Shown: in pieces, positions 28,981-38,582 of the stretch | Layout: each line of letters starts with the position of its first letter | Position numbering within the stretch: the stretch's first letter is position 1 | DNA from: Bacteroidales bacterium UBA1756 | Lineage (GTDB): Bacteria > Bacteroidota > Bacteroidia > Bacteroidales > WCHB1-69 | Reading direction: 5' to 3' | Assembly (NCBI GenBank): GCA_002314795.1 | Contig: DCHI01000007.1 | Span: 5,827 to 69,826 of the forward strand | Length of the DNA stretch: 64,000 nucleotides | Notes under the pieces: model-generated | The model's input: the letters and a program-made list of their open reading frames with translations, nothing else | Databases searched by the model: none | Told to the model about the DNA's origin: nothing | Program-made: the position numbers and the translations under genes

Positions 28981-28982
28981 GC

Positions 28983-30884
28983 CTATTCTTTCTGCAAATA
29001 ATAGTCGCGCAGTTTTTCCATACGGCCTGCCGACTCGTGAAGTCCGCCGGGGCGATTGCGTACTACCCACAGCTTTTTGTGCCCGTGGATAACCTTTTCC
29101 AACTCCCGTGCCAGTTCTTTTCTCTTTTCGTATGGAATGGACAAGGTTTCGTAGTCGGAGACACTCAAACGCTCAATACCGAGGTGAATGCTGTGTTTTG
29201 CCAACGCACAGGCCTGTCTCAATTCGGCCATCACGATGGTATGGTCGGCGCACTGCGGGTTCGCTTTGTCCAAAATAGCGAGGGCGCTATCAATCTCTGT
29301 CTCACAACGTTTCAAGTTGGGAATGGTAAGTTCCTTCGTCTGGTAGTTGTACTTCATTTTCCACGGATAACGGTGCATCATCAGATGGAACGCGTTGGCC
29401 ACACCTTCGGGAATCTTGGCATACGTATGGGCAAAACCGAGCTTGATGACGGCTTTTCCCACATTCCCCGTCGGGTCTTTGAACAAATATTGGTTCAGCA
29501 AAAACTCAATTCTGTCAATGACGGAGGTGTCGCAATTCCAAGCATAGCTGCAACCGACCATTATCGGGGCATAGCAAACCGAAAGTGGCTGCCAATGTCC
29601 GTGGTCGCCCCAGTTGGTTACCAGCATACCCGCCGCGCCGTGTTTTACGGCATTGATGGCGGCATTACGTAAATTGGTGAATGCGATGTCATTACGTCCT
29701 AAGATGGACCGCCACGTTGAGGTTCCGGGGCAGACGTAATAGCGAATGCCGGCTTTTTCAAACTTGGCCAATTTCTTATCAAAATTGTATTTGGAGTCAT
29801 AACCCCATACCAATGCGGTCATATCTTTGGGAACGAATGGAATCAGACTGTCGTGGTCAAGGACGATATCGCCCCAGTACTGAGCTTTTTTGCCGTGTTT
29901 CCGAACCTCGTCGTTCAGTTTGAGAAGGAAGTTGAGATAGACACGGCCAACGCCGATGCTGTCACACATTTTCTTGGAATTTCCCAAGCCCAATTCCACG
30001 GTTTCATCACATCCGATATTGAAGTACTCACTATTGAAATTGGGGAGCAGTTCATCATAAAGCCCTTTTACCAGTTCAAAGGATTTCGGGTTGGTCGGGT
30101 CCAACGAGCTGCGGCTGTACGGTCCCCAAACGGTGGCGCAGTCGCTCCCGCAATCGGCCAACGGGAGGTAGGTATCGTAACGCAACCAATTTTCAAAATG
30201 TCCGAAAGAATTTTGATTCGGGACGAGGTCAATGAAACGGTCATTGCAATATTTTTGGAGGAGGGCGATTTCCTTGGGCGTCATCGGAGAAGCGTCAGCC
30301 CAAACCTCCTTGTGGTTTTTATAAGCGAACGTATGTTCCGTATATAATTGAAATTCATTGATTTTCCACGAAGCGAGAAGATCCACAATCTGATAAAGGG
30401 TTTTCATCGTCGGCACTTTGTTGCGACTGATGTCCAACATAAAACCGCGCCGTTGCAAAGCCGGCGAGTCGGAAATCAGCAATTCGGGGATGGCTCGTTT
30501 CTCAGCAAGGGCATACTCCACTAACTGGCGCAGTGTCTGCACTCCGTAAAACAGTGCTTCGTTGGTGCCGCCGACAATGGAAACCGACTGCCCCTTCACC
30601 AACAATTCGTATTCCTGGTGACGAAAACGAGGATCGACACGCATTGTAAAATTGACGATATGCTGTTCCGAATCGTGAAAACGGACATCTTTTTCCCAAT
30701 TGTTTTTATTGAATTGAGAAAAGAAATTTTGCATTTGCAATAGCAATGGTTCTGAATAAATGATAGCATCATTTTGTTCAATATCAATGTGTTGCGGTGT
30801 TGGAATTAGATAGTTTTTCAAGTCTGCCGCGGATGCTGAAATCACGAATGCTGTCAGAACGAGCATTACAAAAAATCGTTTCAT
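28983..30884 (-). CDS. Glycoside hydrolase family 20 (beta-N-acetylhexosaminidase-like)
   Basis: RRGFMLDISRNKV and FNIGCDE (catalytic D-E pair context). I prefer ATG 30884 (MKRFFVMLVLTAFVISASA signal) to the track start 30968, which would overlap the promoter. Confidence 0.88.
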   Translation of the reverse strand: MKRFFVMLVLTAFVISASAADLKNYLIPTPQHIDIEQNDAIIYSEPLLLQMQNFFSQFNKNNWEKDVRFHDSEQHIVNFTMRVDPRFRHQEYELLVKGQSVSIVGGTNEALFYGVQTLRQLVEYALAEKRAIPELLISDSPALQRRGFMLDISRNKVPTMKTLYQIVDLLASWKINEFQLYTEHTFAYKNHKEVWADASPMTPKEIALLQKYCNDRFIDLVPNQNSFGHFENWLRYDTYLPLADCGSDCATVWGPYSRSSLDPTNPKSFELVKGLYDELLPNFNSEYFNIGCDETVELGLGNSKKMCDSIGVGRVYLNFLLKLNDEVRKHGKKAQYWGDIVLDHDSLIPFVPKDMTALVWGYDSKYNFDKKLAKFEKAGIRYYVCPGTSTWRSILGRNDIAFTNLRNAAINAVKHGAAGMLVTNWGDHGHWQPLSVCYAPIMVGCSYAWNCDTSVIDRIEFLLNQYLFKDPTGNVGKAVIKLGFAHTYAKIPEGVANAFHLMMHRYPWKMKYNYQTKELTIPNLKRCETEIDSALAILDKANPQCADHTIVMAELRQACALAKHSIHLGIERLSVSDYETLSIPYEKRKELARELEKVIHGHKKLWVVRNRPGGLHESAGRMEKLRDYYLQKE

Positions 30885-30917
30885 AGTGATAAACTTTTGA
30901 TTAAGGTTAATGGGTCG

Positions 30918-30925
30918 CAAAGGTA
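30918..30925 (-). promoter_or_regulatory. -7 promoter box (TACCTTTG on minus strand)
   Basis: 34 nt upstream of ATG 30884. Divergent from the box at 30948. Confidence 0.5.
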
Positions 30926-30947
30926 CATTATTTTTTGAAAAATTGCG

Positions 30948-30955
30948 TAAGTTTG
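30948..30955 (+). promoter_or_regulatory. -7 promoter box TAAGTTTG
   Basis: 23 nt upstream of ATG 30978. Confidence 0.5.
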
Positions 30956-30977
30956 CGCCCGCTAACATTTTAACAGT

Positions 30978-32108
30978 ATGGTGAACGATTTTGATATTAA
31001 AACTAAAATCAGTCAGTTTTCTTCTTTCTCAGATTTTGCAGATGCTTTCCAGCTCAATGCCAACGACTTGGTTATCACACGGGCTTCCATTTACGAACCT
31101 TTCATTCAAAAGCTTCATCTGGACTGCCATTTCATTTTGCAGAACCAATATGGCAATGGCGAACCCTCCGACGAAATGATGAACCGAATGTTGCGTGATT
31201 TGCAAGGTGTTCGCTACGACCGTGTCATCGCTATTGGCGGCGGCACGGTGATTGACATCGCTAAGATTTTTGTAATCAAAGATATACAAAATGCAACGGA
31301 CGCCTTCGAACGCAACATTCCCATTGTAAAGGCGAAGCAGTTGGTTGTACTTCCCACCACTTGCGGAACCGGCAGTGAAGTCACTAACATTTCCATTGCT
31401 GAAATCAAAGCCCGTCACACCAAGATGGGTCTGGCTGACGACGCACTTTTGCCCGACCACGCCGTACTTATTCCGCAACTGATGGAAAATCTTCCTTTTA
31501 AGTTCTTCGTTTTCAGTGCCATTGACGCGCTCATCCACGCAACAGAATCGTACGTTTCGCCCAAAGCTACCGCTTTCACCCGTCTTTTTTCAAAAGAGGC
31601 CATCCACATTATTTTAGATGTTTTCAAAGCCGTTGCAGAAAATGGCAGCGAGTTCCGTCATCAGCGATTGGCGGATATGTTGTTAGCCGCCAATTATGCC
31701 GGAATCGCTTTCGGGAAAGCGGGTGTTGGTGCCGTCCACGCGCTTTCGTATCCGTTGGGCGCCAACTATCACGTGCCGCACGGAGAATCCAACTACCAAT
31801 TTTTCATTGAGGTTTTCAAACTCTATAATGAAAAACAGCCGACCGGATGTATTCAGGAGGTGAATCGTATGTTGGAAAAAGAATTGCAGATTGACGCCCA
31901 CGGGGATTATCGACTTCTTTATGAAAAATTGTCTGCACTTTTAAGTCACCTCATCCAACGCAAACCACTTCACGAATACGGAATGCAACGTGAGGAAATT
32001 GCCACTTTCGCCAACAACATAATCGTATCGCAACAGCGGCTGCTGAAAAACAACTACATTCCTCTGACGGAGGAGGAAATCAGAAAAATTTACGACAGGT
32101 TGTTTTAA
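30978..32108 (+). CDS. Iron-containing alcohol dehydrogenase family; probable NAD-dependent 4-hydroxybutyrate dehydrogenase
   Basis: GGGTVIDIAK, PTTCGTGSEVTN and GVGAVHALSYPLGANYHVPHGE. Long blocks match my recollection of clostridial/Porphyromonas 4HbD (GEPSDEMMN..., RKPLHEYGM..EEI..FA......QQRLL.NNY). Confidence 0.75.
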   Translation: MVNDFDIKTKISQFSSFSDFADAFQLNANDLVITRASIYEPFIQKLHLDCHFILQNQYGNGEPSDEMMNRMLRDLQGVRYDRVIAIGGGTVIDIAKIFVIKDIQNATDAFERNIPIVKAKQLVVLPTTCGTGSEVTNISIAEIKARHTKMGLADDALLPDHAVLIPQLMENLPFKFFVFSAIDALIHATESYVSPKATAFTRLFSKEAIHIILDVFKAVAENGSEFRHQRLADMLLAANYAGIAFGKAGVGAVHALSYPLGANYHVPHGESNYQFFIEVFKLYNEKQPTGCIQEVNRMLEKELQIDAHGDYRLLYEKLSALLSHLIQRKPLHEYGMQREEIATFANNIIVSQQRLLKNNYIPLTEEEIRKIYDRLF

Positions 32109-32238
32109 CGATGTAGAGGACGTCATTTCCGATTATCGCGCAACATTTAGAAAACGATATTTTGTGACTTTTTAATTTGCAAAACTTGTAAAATCGGTCG
32201 TTTTTTCTTGAATTTAACTAATGATTTAAAAACAATCA

Positions 32239-32267
32239 GTAGGACCACCACAATGTAACGGCCCTAC
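32239..32267. repeat. Hairpin element, reverse-orientation member of the GTCACATTGTGGCGTC family
   Basis: GTAGGACCACCACAATGTAACGGCCCTAC: an 8-bp stem with one mismatch, and a loop carrying CCACAATGT. Confidence 0.55.
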
Positions 32268-32501
32268 ATTGATGCCTAAAATTCTTCTTTTGTACGGCAT
32301 TGCACAATTTTATCAAATTGCATATATGTTATTTAATAAAAAAAAGAATATATTATATTATTGTTAATATTGAAAAACAAACTAGCATATGGTTGTTGAT
32401 AATTCTATGCAAAGAAAAATTAAATCTTATTAACGATTCCCTATTTTGTGGCTTTGAAAGTTAGCAGATTCTGCAAGAAATATTCATCAAATACCACATA
32501 A

Positions 32502-33662
32502 ATGACACGTAAGTTTTTGTGTTTCTTTTCAACGGTTTTCATTTGTTTTCTTTGTTTTACAACTTCTGCACAAGGCACGGTGACGCGCTCGTTCACATCG
32601 ACCAGCACGACTCCGCAAGGGCTCGCCTCGTCCGTGGGACAGCCTTTCAACCAGCACGTCCCCTCGGTTTCGGAAGGCCTTCTGCAAGGTTACACGACCG
32701 TTTCCTACGATACGCTGCTGCTGCTGCAGGAGGAGATGGGAAGCTACACGCCCGGCGTGAACGAGGTCGACACGCTCACCCCCGAAGGATACGATGAGAC
32801 CATCTATCGCTATGTCTATCAGATGACCTGTCAGGGTGACGTCGTGCACACGATGACGCAGCCCGGTGTGCCGACCTATTCGGTGACGCTTTCGGAACCG
32901 GAGATTCTTCCCGTCGGCTCCGTCTTCCCGTACGGACCGGTGACACTGCTCCTGGACCGTTCCAACCCCTACGACTATCCCGTCGGTGTGACGACGGAAG
33001 CCGTCTGGACGGCATCGGTTGCGGCACAGGACAAGGAGTGCCGTCCGAAGGTCACCATTCACCATTTCGACTGTCCGACCAATTACCCGCTGGTTTATGA
33101 CTACGACGGAAACCTGTATCCGGTTGTGAACCTCGGCTACTACTGCTGGACGGCGAAGAATATGCGGACGCGCCACTACACGGACGGTTCCGTTGTCGCG
33201 AACGTGATGACCTATCCGTCGCAGTACGCGCCTGCCGGAACGGATGTGGAGGAAACGTTCGGTAATCTTTACACGTGGGACGCCGCCACCGGCTACAATA
33301 TCTCCGGCACGCAGATGCAGGGCGTCTGCCCGAACGGCTGGCACGTTCCAACAAGGACGGAAACGGAGTACCTCTTGGCCAATTTCGATGCTAAACAGCT
33401 GATGTCCGCCGATACACAAATCCGCTGGATTCCTCAGAACGGCACGGACGACTACGGTTTCGCATTCTTCCCGGCGGGCTACTACAATCCGGGCCTCAAC
33501 CGCTACGAGTCAATGTACGTGCGCGCCTACTTCTGGACGACGGAAACGGAGGGAAGCACCATCGCCTACGCGTGCGAGTTCGGTTCTGCGTGCGGCACCA
33601 TCGCCATCGTGCCCGCCGAACGCAGTTCCGGTTTTAGCGTGCGGTGCGTTTCAAACTATTAA
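32502..33662 (+). CDS. Secreted protein with C-terminal FISUMP (Fibrobacter succinogenes major paralogous) domain
   Basis: Signal peptide. C-terminal pattern YYCWTAKNMRT..YTDG...LYTWDAA...CPNGWHVPT..E...L....GFAFFPAGYY......YFWT....GFSVRCV. Confidence 0.8.
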   Translation: MTRKFLCFFSTVFICFLCFTTSAQGTVTRSFTSTSTTPQGLASSVGQPFNQHVPSVSEGLLQGYTTVSYDTLLLLQEEMGSYTPGVNEVDTLTPEGYDETIYRYVYQMTCQGDVVHTMTQPGVPTYSVTLSEPEILPVGSVFPYGPVTLLLDRSNPYDYPVGVTTEAVWTASVAAQDKECRPKVTIHHFDCPTNYPLVYDYDGNLYPVVNLGYYCWTAKNMRTRHYTDGSVVANVMTYPSQYAPAGTDVEETFGNLYTWDAATGYNISGTQMQGVCPNGWHVPTRTETEYLLANFDAKQLMSADTQIRWIPQNGTDDYGFAFFPAGYYNPGLNRYESMYVRAYFWTTETEGSTIAYACEFGSACGTIAIVPAERSSGFSVRCVSNY

Positions 33663-33736
33663 TAATGAATAATTTATAACATTTCCATAAGATTCCAATT
33701 TTTAAGTTGCAAGTCAATAATCTAAACCAAATATCT

Positions 33737-35638
33737 ATGAAAAAAACAATCCTGTTATTAACCATCATTTTTGCGTCTCTTGTGGCGGTCTTCGCGCAGA
33801 CGACGCCAACGTTCCCTTACACGGCCGTGGTACGGAATGCGAACAACCGTCTCGTGCAGGACTCCACGTTCCTCGTCACCGTCCAGGTCTTTGAGAATAC
33901 GGTCGAAAGGTACAGCGAAACGCGCCTTGTGACGACCGACCAGAACGGTCTCGTCTCGTTCAACATCGGAAGCGTGGAGACGGGAGTCTATCCGTCGGGG
34001 TCTCTGAACGACGTGACGGACTGGAGCAAGGTGAGCTTCACGCAGACGTTTCATCTGGCCTCCGGTGATGTGGTCGTGACCGACTCCGTGCATCCCGTTC
34101 CGTACGCGCTTCAGGTTGCCAACGCTACCGGCGACTATGTTACCATTGGCACCGACCAGACGATTACGGGAGACAAGACCTTCGAAGGGAATAACGACTT
34201 TACGGGCGTTACCGATTTGACAGAAGGTGTCACCAAGGTGGCTTCCGCTTTTGAAAGTACGGTCTATTTCGATACCAACTTGGTGGTGAACGTCTCCGAC
34301 CTGTTAGCCGTTTACGATACGTTGATGAGCAAGATTGCCGACTTGCAGAGACAAATCGACTCTTTGAAAGGAGCAGGTCCGACTCCTCCTGGTCCGACTC
34401 CCACGGCAGAACTTACCATTGATCCCAGCACTTCCGATCCGAAACTATGCGGCGCTTCCACTCAGATTTTGTGCACCGCTATTCTTACGGGGGATGAAGC
34501 AGATTCTTACGAGTGGAGTGTATCCGGAACGGGTGCCACCGGCTCCAGTACAACCAATACGCTTACGGTAGAGGTGACTTCGGTTGGAGAGGTAACTGTG
34601 ACGTGCGCAGCTTTGGACGCTCTGTCTCTCCCCTTGGCTTCCGACACTATCACTATTGTTGTAACGGCGGGAGGAAGCACGCCCGCGACACTGTTATTTT
34701 GTGAAAACTGGACGATGGGTTCCGTCACGGTTAAAGAGAGTAATTGCAGTACGTTGCAGTGGGTGAACAATGAGGATCCGACCATCGTGGTTTCATCTTC
34801 AGGAGTTACAGGTACTGTCTTTTCCGTCAGTTCCTCCGCTCCCGCCGGTGTCTATACGGTTAGGGGCACGAATACGGATGGTTGCACTGTTTCGCGGACG
34901 GCCACGTTGGGAAAAGCCACGGCGCACCCGTGTACGGTCTCCTCGCTGAGAGAGGGAGTCTATAATTCGTGGACTGACACGTGGTACAACCACGAATTTG
35001 GTGAAGGCACTCGTTTGGATGCCGTTTCCGACCACGAAGGCAATGTGTATAGGGTGGTGCAAATCGGTTCACAATGCTGGTTGGCAGAGAATATGCGTGC
35101 AACGACCACGCCGAATGGTACCAATATATTGATTTATGATAATGATTATTCCCTTACAGAACCATACGCTTACTATTATGACAATAATCCAGTTAATGCG
35201 AACAAATATGGGTGCCTGTACAACTACCCGGCAGCAATGATCCAAGGCATTTGTCCGAAGGGGTGGCACGTACCAAATGACCCAGAATGGACCACGATGG
35301 AAACTGAAGTGGGCGTTTCACACGACTACAATGTGGGTACGGGTGCGGGTAAGTTAATCGGCGGGTGCGACTGGGCACCCATTGTCTTCGAGGCACCAAC
35401 CGCTCCTGGCAACTATTCCTATTCAGAACGTAATTCCAGCGGTTTCTTCGCACTTCCTGCTGGCTCATTCCGCGGGAATTTGTTCGCTGGGATCGGCCGC
35501 GAAACCGGCTTTTGGACTTCTACGGCTCAAACTGATGAATACGCCAATTATCGCTTTTTCTTATTTAATTCACAATACATAGAACACGCCAATGTACCTT
35601 ATTTTCGCGGTTATTCTGTCCGTTGCGTTCGCGATTAA
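33737..35638 (+). CDS. Secreted protein with C-terminal FISUMP domain and Thr/Ser-rich Ig-like repeats
   Basis: The track start 33707 is TTG. ATG 33737 gives the MKKTILLLTIIFASLVAVFAQ signal. C-terminus is QCWLAENMR...CPKGWHVPN..EW..M......GFFALPAG......GFWTS....GYSVRCVRD. Confidence 0.8.
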   Translation: MKKTILLLTIIFASLVAVFAQTTPTFPYTAVVRNANNRLVQDSTFLVTVQVFENTVERYSETRLVTTDQNGLVSFNIGSVETGVYPSGSLNDVTDWSKVSFTQTFHLASGDVVVTDSVHPVPYALQVANATGDYVTIGTDQTITGDKTFEGNNDFTGVTDLTEGVTKVASAFESTVYFDTNLVVNVSDLLAVYDTLMSKIADLQRQIDSLKGAGPTPPGPTPTAELTIDPSTSDPKLCGASTQILCTAILTGDEADSYEWSVSGTGATGSSTTNTLTVEVTSVGEVTVTCAALDALSLPLASDTITIVVTAGGSTPATLLFCENWTMGSVTVKESNCSTLQWVNNEDPTIVVSSSGVTGTVFSVSSSAPAGVYTVRGTNTDGCTVSRTATLGKATAHPCTVSSLREGVYNSWTDTWYNHEFGEGTRLDAVSDHEGNVYRVVQIGSQCWLAENMRATTTPNGTNILIYDNDYSLTEPYAYYYDNNPVNANKYGCLYNYPAAMIQGICPKGWHVPNDPEWTTMETEVGVSHDYNVGTGAGKLIGGCDWAPIVFEAPTAPGNYSYSERNSSGFFALPAGSFRGNLFAGIGRETGFWTSTAQTDEYANYRFFLFNSQYIEHANVPYFRGYSVRCVRD

Positions 35639-35690
35639 TTGGATGGTGAGCAGTGAACTGTGATTGGTGATCTGGTATTTACTATAAAGT

Positions 35691-35724
35691 GGGCTTCGTC
35701 TGAAAGGCGGGGCCCTTTTTTTTT
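35691..35724 (+). terminator. Rho-independent terminator
   Basis: Stem GGGCTTCG / CGGGGCCC (two G-U pairs), followed by T9. Confidence 0.75.
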
Positions 35725-35730
35725 GATGGG

Positions 35731-35774
35731 TTTGTAAAGTTTATAAAGTTTGTAAAGTTTATAAAGTTTGTAAG
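35731..35774. repeat. 9-bp tandem repeat, 4 copies plus partials (AAAGTTTAT/AAAGTTTGT)
   Basis: Units at 35736, 35745, 35754 and 35763. Confidence 0.9.
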
Positions 35775-35777
35775 GTA

Positions 35778-35850
35778 GGGACGTCACATTGTGGCGTCCG
35801 ATAAGCGTCACATCGTGGCGTCCGATAAGCGTCACATTGCAGTGTCTTCC
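35778..35850. repeat. 24-bp tandem repeat (~2.7 copies) of hairpin unit GTCACATTGTGGCGTCCGATAAGC
   Basis: Copies at 35783..35806 and 35807..35830, with a partial copy from 35831. The first copy forms a 10-bp stem: GGGACGTCAC-ATT-GTGGCGTCC(C). Confidence 0.85.
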
Positions 35851-35856
35851 CCGTTG

Positions 35857-37554
35857 TTACTGCCGAAGCACCTTGATCGCCTCCGACCAACCATTTGTCC
35901 CTTTCACCGACAACAGATACAGTCCAGTTGCCCATTTTTCAGTATTGACGACCGCTTCTTGTGAAATGGTCTTATTATAAACCACTTTGCCAGACATATC
36001 GAAGACGACAATGTCTTTCGTATCGGTGGCGGCATTACGGATGCTGAACTGGTCGTGACAAGGATTCGGATAGACGGAAATGTCACCCAATAATTGGCTT
36101 CCCAAAATGCTGACGGTGGTGTCACGGTTTTCAAGATAGACACGGTAAAAATCGGGAATGCCATAGCCCATCACGGTGTCTGGAGCAGAGAATATGTGAC
36201 CGGCTTCCCGAATCATCTGCATAATTTCTAAAGAACTGTACTGGGGAAGTGCCTGCCATAAACACGCAGCCAAACCCGCTAAACACGGCGTGGCAGCCGA
36301 TGTCCCGTCAATGGGGTCAATATAAGTGAAAAGAAGGTCTCCTGACGGAAGGGGAAGTGTAAGTACATTGACCGCCTGACACTGACTTCCTACGGAAGCG
36401 ACATCCGGTTTGACGCGGCCATCAGAGCTCGGGCCGACACTTGAAAAGGTGGCGGGGATACTGTCAACGCCCACGGCGCCTACCGCCAAGATGTCTTCCG
36501 CATCAGCGGGACGGGAAATGCGGTGCCAGGCAGCATCTCCTTCATTGCCAGCCGCCACACAAACTACCATTCCCTTGTGCGCGGCCAACGTGGCGGCACG
36601 GGAAGCCAAACTCGTGTGTCCATCCAATGAACTGTATTCAATGGTCGTGTCGGAATTGTCAAATAACGTGTACCCTAAGGATGCCGTGAGCACATCCGTT
36701 CCCAAACTGTCAGCGAGCTCCGCTCCAGCTACCCAAAAATCCTCTTCCATAAGTTGCTCGTTTTCAGAAATTTCGGTACGAATAAATACGGCGTTTGCAT
36801 TGGGTGCCGTGCCTACAAAATTCAACGGCAGATTGTCCAACGCACTAATCATATTGATGTTGCTAAAAATAACGGAAGCGCAACTTGTTCCGTGCGAATT
36901 GCCGCTATAGATATCGCTTTGGCCGGGTACGAAATTGTAGGTTCCCAAAATCTGGTTGTTTTCGTAAAGGTTGGCAAAATATTCGCTGCGGTTGAAACTC
37001 AGCCACCCTGCGTCCAACATCGCAATCAACATTCCGTCGCCTTTATATCCTTCATTATGAAGAAGATGTCCATTGTGAATGGCGATTTGCGGAAACGCGA
37101 CCCCGTACTGCAATGAATCGGTAGTTGGTTCCAAAACGTCACCGGGGATGTCAATATCTATCGTATCCGACTGCTCACTGATATCTGCAAGATAGCCGAC
37201 GGGGACGAGGCTGTCCACGAAATCAAGTTGTCCGATGGCCGAAAGGGCTGTTGTTTCGGGGCATCGCACCACCACCGTATTGAACCAGCGGGAAGTCGCC
37301 ATCACAAGCACGCTGTCGCCGGTTTGGCGAATGGCTTGAACGTACGCCGGATTGACGGGCAAGTCCTCTTCCGTGATCCGGATGTCGAAACGGGCTCGCT
37401 TGGCGATGGCTCTATCGGACAAAAAGTCCTGTGGATTATTAATGGAATAGGGCGTATTCGCTTTATCGTGAAGGTAGATGCGGTAACAATTCACCTGTGC
37501 TTTTCCCAACAGCAAGCAAGTAGCAAAAAGCAAAAACAAGGAGAGTTTTTTCAT
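35857..37554 (-). CDS. S8 (subtilisin-family) serine peptidase with T9SS CTD
   Basis: Catalytic triad contexts AMLDAGW (Asp), NSHGTSCAS (His) and DGTSAATP (Ser). C-terminus is VYPNPCHDQFSI...GLYLLSVK. Confidence 0.88.
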   Translation of the reverse strand: MKKLSLFLLFATCLLLGKAQVNCYRIYLHDKANTPYSINNPQDFLSDRAIAKRARFDIRITEEDLPVNPAYVQAIRQTGDSVLVMATSRWFNTVVVRCPETTALSAIGQLDFVDSLVPVGYLADISEQSDTIDIDIPGDVLEPTTDSLQYGVAFPQIAIHNGHLLHNEGYKGDGMLIAMLDAGWLSFNRSEYFANLYENNQILGTYNFVPGQSDIYSGNSHGTSCASVIFSNINMISALDNLPLNFVGTAPNANAVFIRTEISENEQLMEEDFWVAGAELADSLGTDVLTASLGYTLFDNSDTTIEYSSLDGHTSLASRAATLAAHKGMVVCVAAGNEGDAAWHRISRPADAEDILAVGAVGVDSIPATFSSVGPSSDGRVKPDVASVGSQCQAVNVLTLPLPSGDLLFTYIDPIDGTSAATPCLAGLAACLWQALPQYSSLEIMQMIREAGHIFSAPDTVMGYGIPDFYRVYLENRDTTVSILGSQLLGDISVYPNPCHDQFSIRNAATDTKDIVVFDMSGKVVYNKTISQEAVVNTEKWATGLYLLSVKGTNGWSEAIKVLRQ

Positions 37555-37599
37555 AGAATAATTGATTATTTTGTAAAAAATATTGCTTAAGAAATTGAA

Positions 37600-38574
37600 T
37601 TATGAGACTTCGCTGATGCATTTATTTCTAATCAGAATCCTAAAATAGGGATAGTGACCATTGATTGACAAATCTTTTCCGTCATCTCCTTTTCGAAATC
37701 TTACAATTTCAAATTGATGAGGATTATATTTGTGGAGAAATGTGAGAGGAACTCCCATCATACCGTGATAATCTTTAGGAATATCTTGCGTTTTACTCAC
37801 GTTAATACCATCGCAATTATCATATTGCGGATAAAGTGCTTCGTTTCCTTTATAGTACTTGGTAAGTACAATAAAGTTATTCCGTTGTGATGTTTCTAAA
37901 TTAGTGAGCCAAAGACAATTATTGGTTGAAACGATATTATTCCCGTTCTCGTCTTTGTGAACTTCCGTTCCATATAAATCGTAATGCTCAGGGACGATAA
38001 AGCCAGAAATCCCTCTTCCCAAATTCACTCCTAACCAGGCTTTGTTCTGTTGAATCAAATCGAAAATTTCCTTGTAAGTAATCGAATTAATATTGCCAAT
38101 GATCAAGAATTGCTTATTGTATTTTACGAGCTGTGCAACAAATTCACGAAATAACGAAAAGGGGGGATTTGTAACAACAATATCAGCTTGTTTTAATAAT
38201 TCAACACTTTCAGAACTTCTAAAATCGCCATCTCCTTTAAAATAGGATATTTCCAAAGTTTTTTTATCATTTTCTCCTGAATACTCACAAAAGAAACCAT
38301 TTTCACGTTCCGAAGAGTTGAACAAATCAAATTCGGACTCTTTATAGCAAGCAGCAATCAATTTTTTCAATCCTAAAGAATGAAAATTATCTACAAAATA
38401 TTTAAAGAAATTGCTCACAAACGGGTCGTCACAGTTACAATACACAACTTTTCCTTTGAAATGGGAGGTATAGTGTTGTAATTCTCGTTCAATATCAGGA
38501 AGTAGCGTGTAGAATTCATCACTTTTAGATTTCCTTGCCTTTTGCAATAGTTGGTTTGTCGCTTTTCTTGCCAT
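37600..38574 (-). CDS. N6-adenine DNA methyltransferase, EcoRI-methylase family
   Basis: NPPF catalytic motif (VVTNPPFSLF). The N-terminus MARKATNQLLQKARKSKSDEFYT and the ~325-aa length resemble M.EcoRI as I recall it. Lies 8 bp downstream of the EcoRI-like endonuclease. Confidence 0.88.
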   Translation of the reverse strand: MARKATNQLLQKARKSKSDEFYTLLPDIERELQHYTSHFKGKVVYCNCDDPFVSNFFKYFVDNFHSLGLKKLIAACYKESEFDLFNSSERENGFFCEYSGENDKKTLEISYFKGDGDFRSSESVELLKQADIVVTNPPFSLFREFVAQLVKYNKQFLIIGNINSITYKEIFDLIQQNKAWLGVNLGRGISGFIVPEHYDLYGTEVHKDENGNNIVSTNNCLWLTNLETSQRNNFIVLTKYYKGNEALYPQYDNCDGINVSKTQDIPKDYHGMMGVPLTFLHKYNPHQFEIVRFRKGDDGKDLSINGHYPYFRILIRNKCISEVS

Positions 38575-38582
38575 AACAATTG

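Noticed and set aside
30885-30968. N-terminal extensions given by the ORF track: GH20 start 30968, SIMPL 11826, REase 39479, NUDIX 55720, ATPase 21485 (TTG), TonB 15500 (TTG), FISUMP 33707 (TTG), MBOAT partner 51132 and T9SS cargo 55893
   Set aside because: The extensions overlap promoter boxes or upstream genes, or precede a much better signal-peptide/TM start at an internal ATG. Shorter starts were chosen; the 55893 versus 55941 choice remains uncertain.
35783-35850. Possible mini-CRISPR array (24-bp hairpin repeats)
   Set aside because: The repeats are directly contiguous with no spacers, there are fewer than three copies, and no cas genes occur in the window. This is a tandem repeat, not a CRISPR array.
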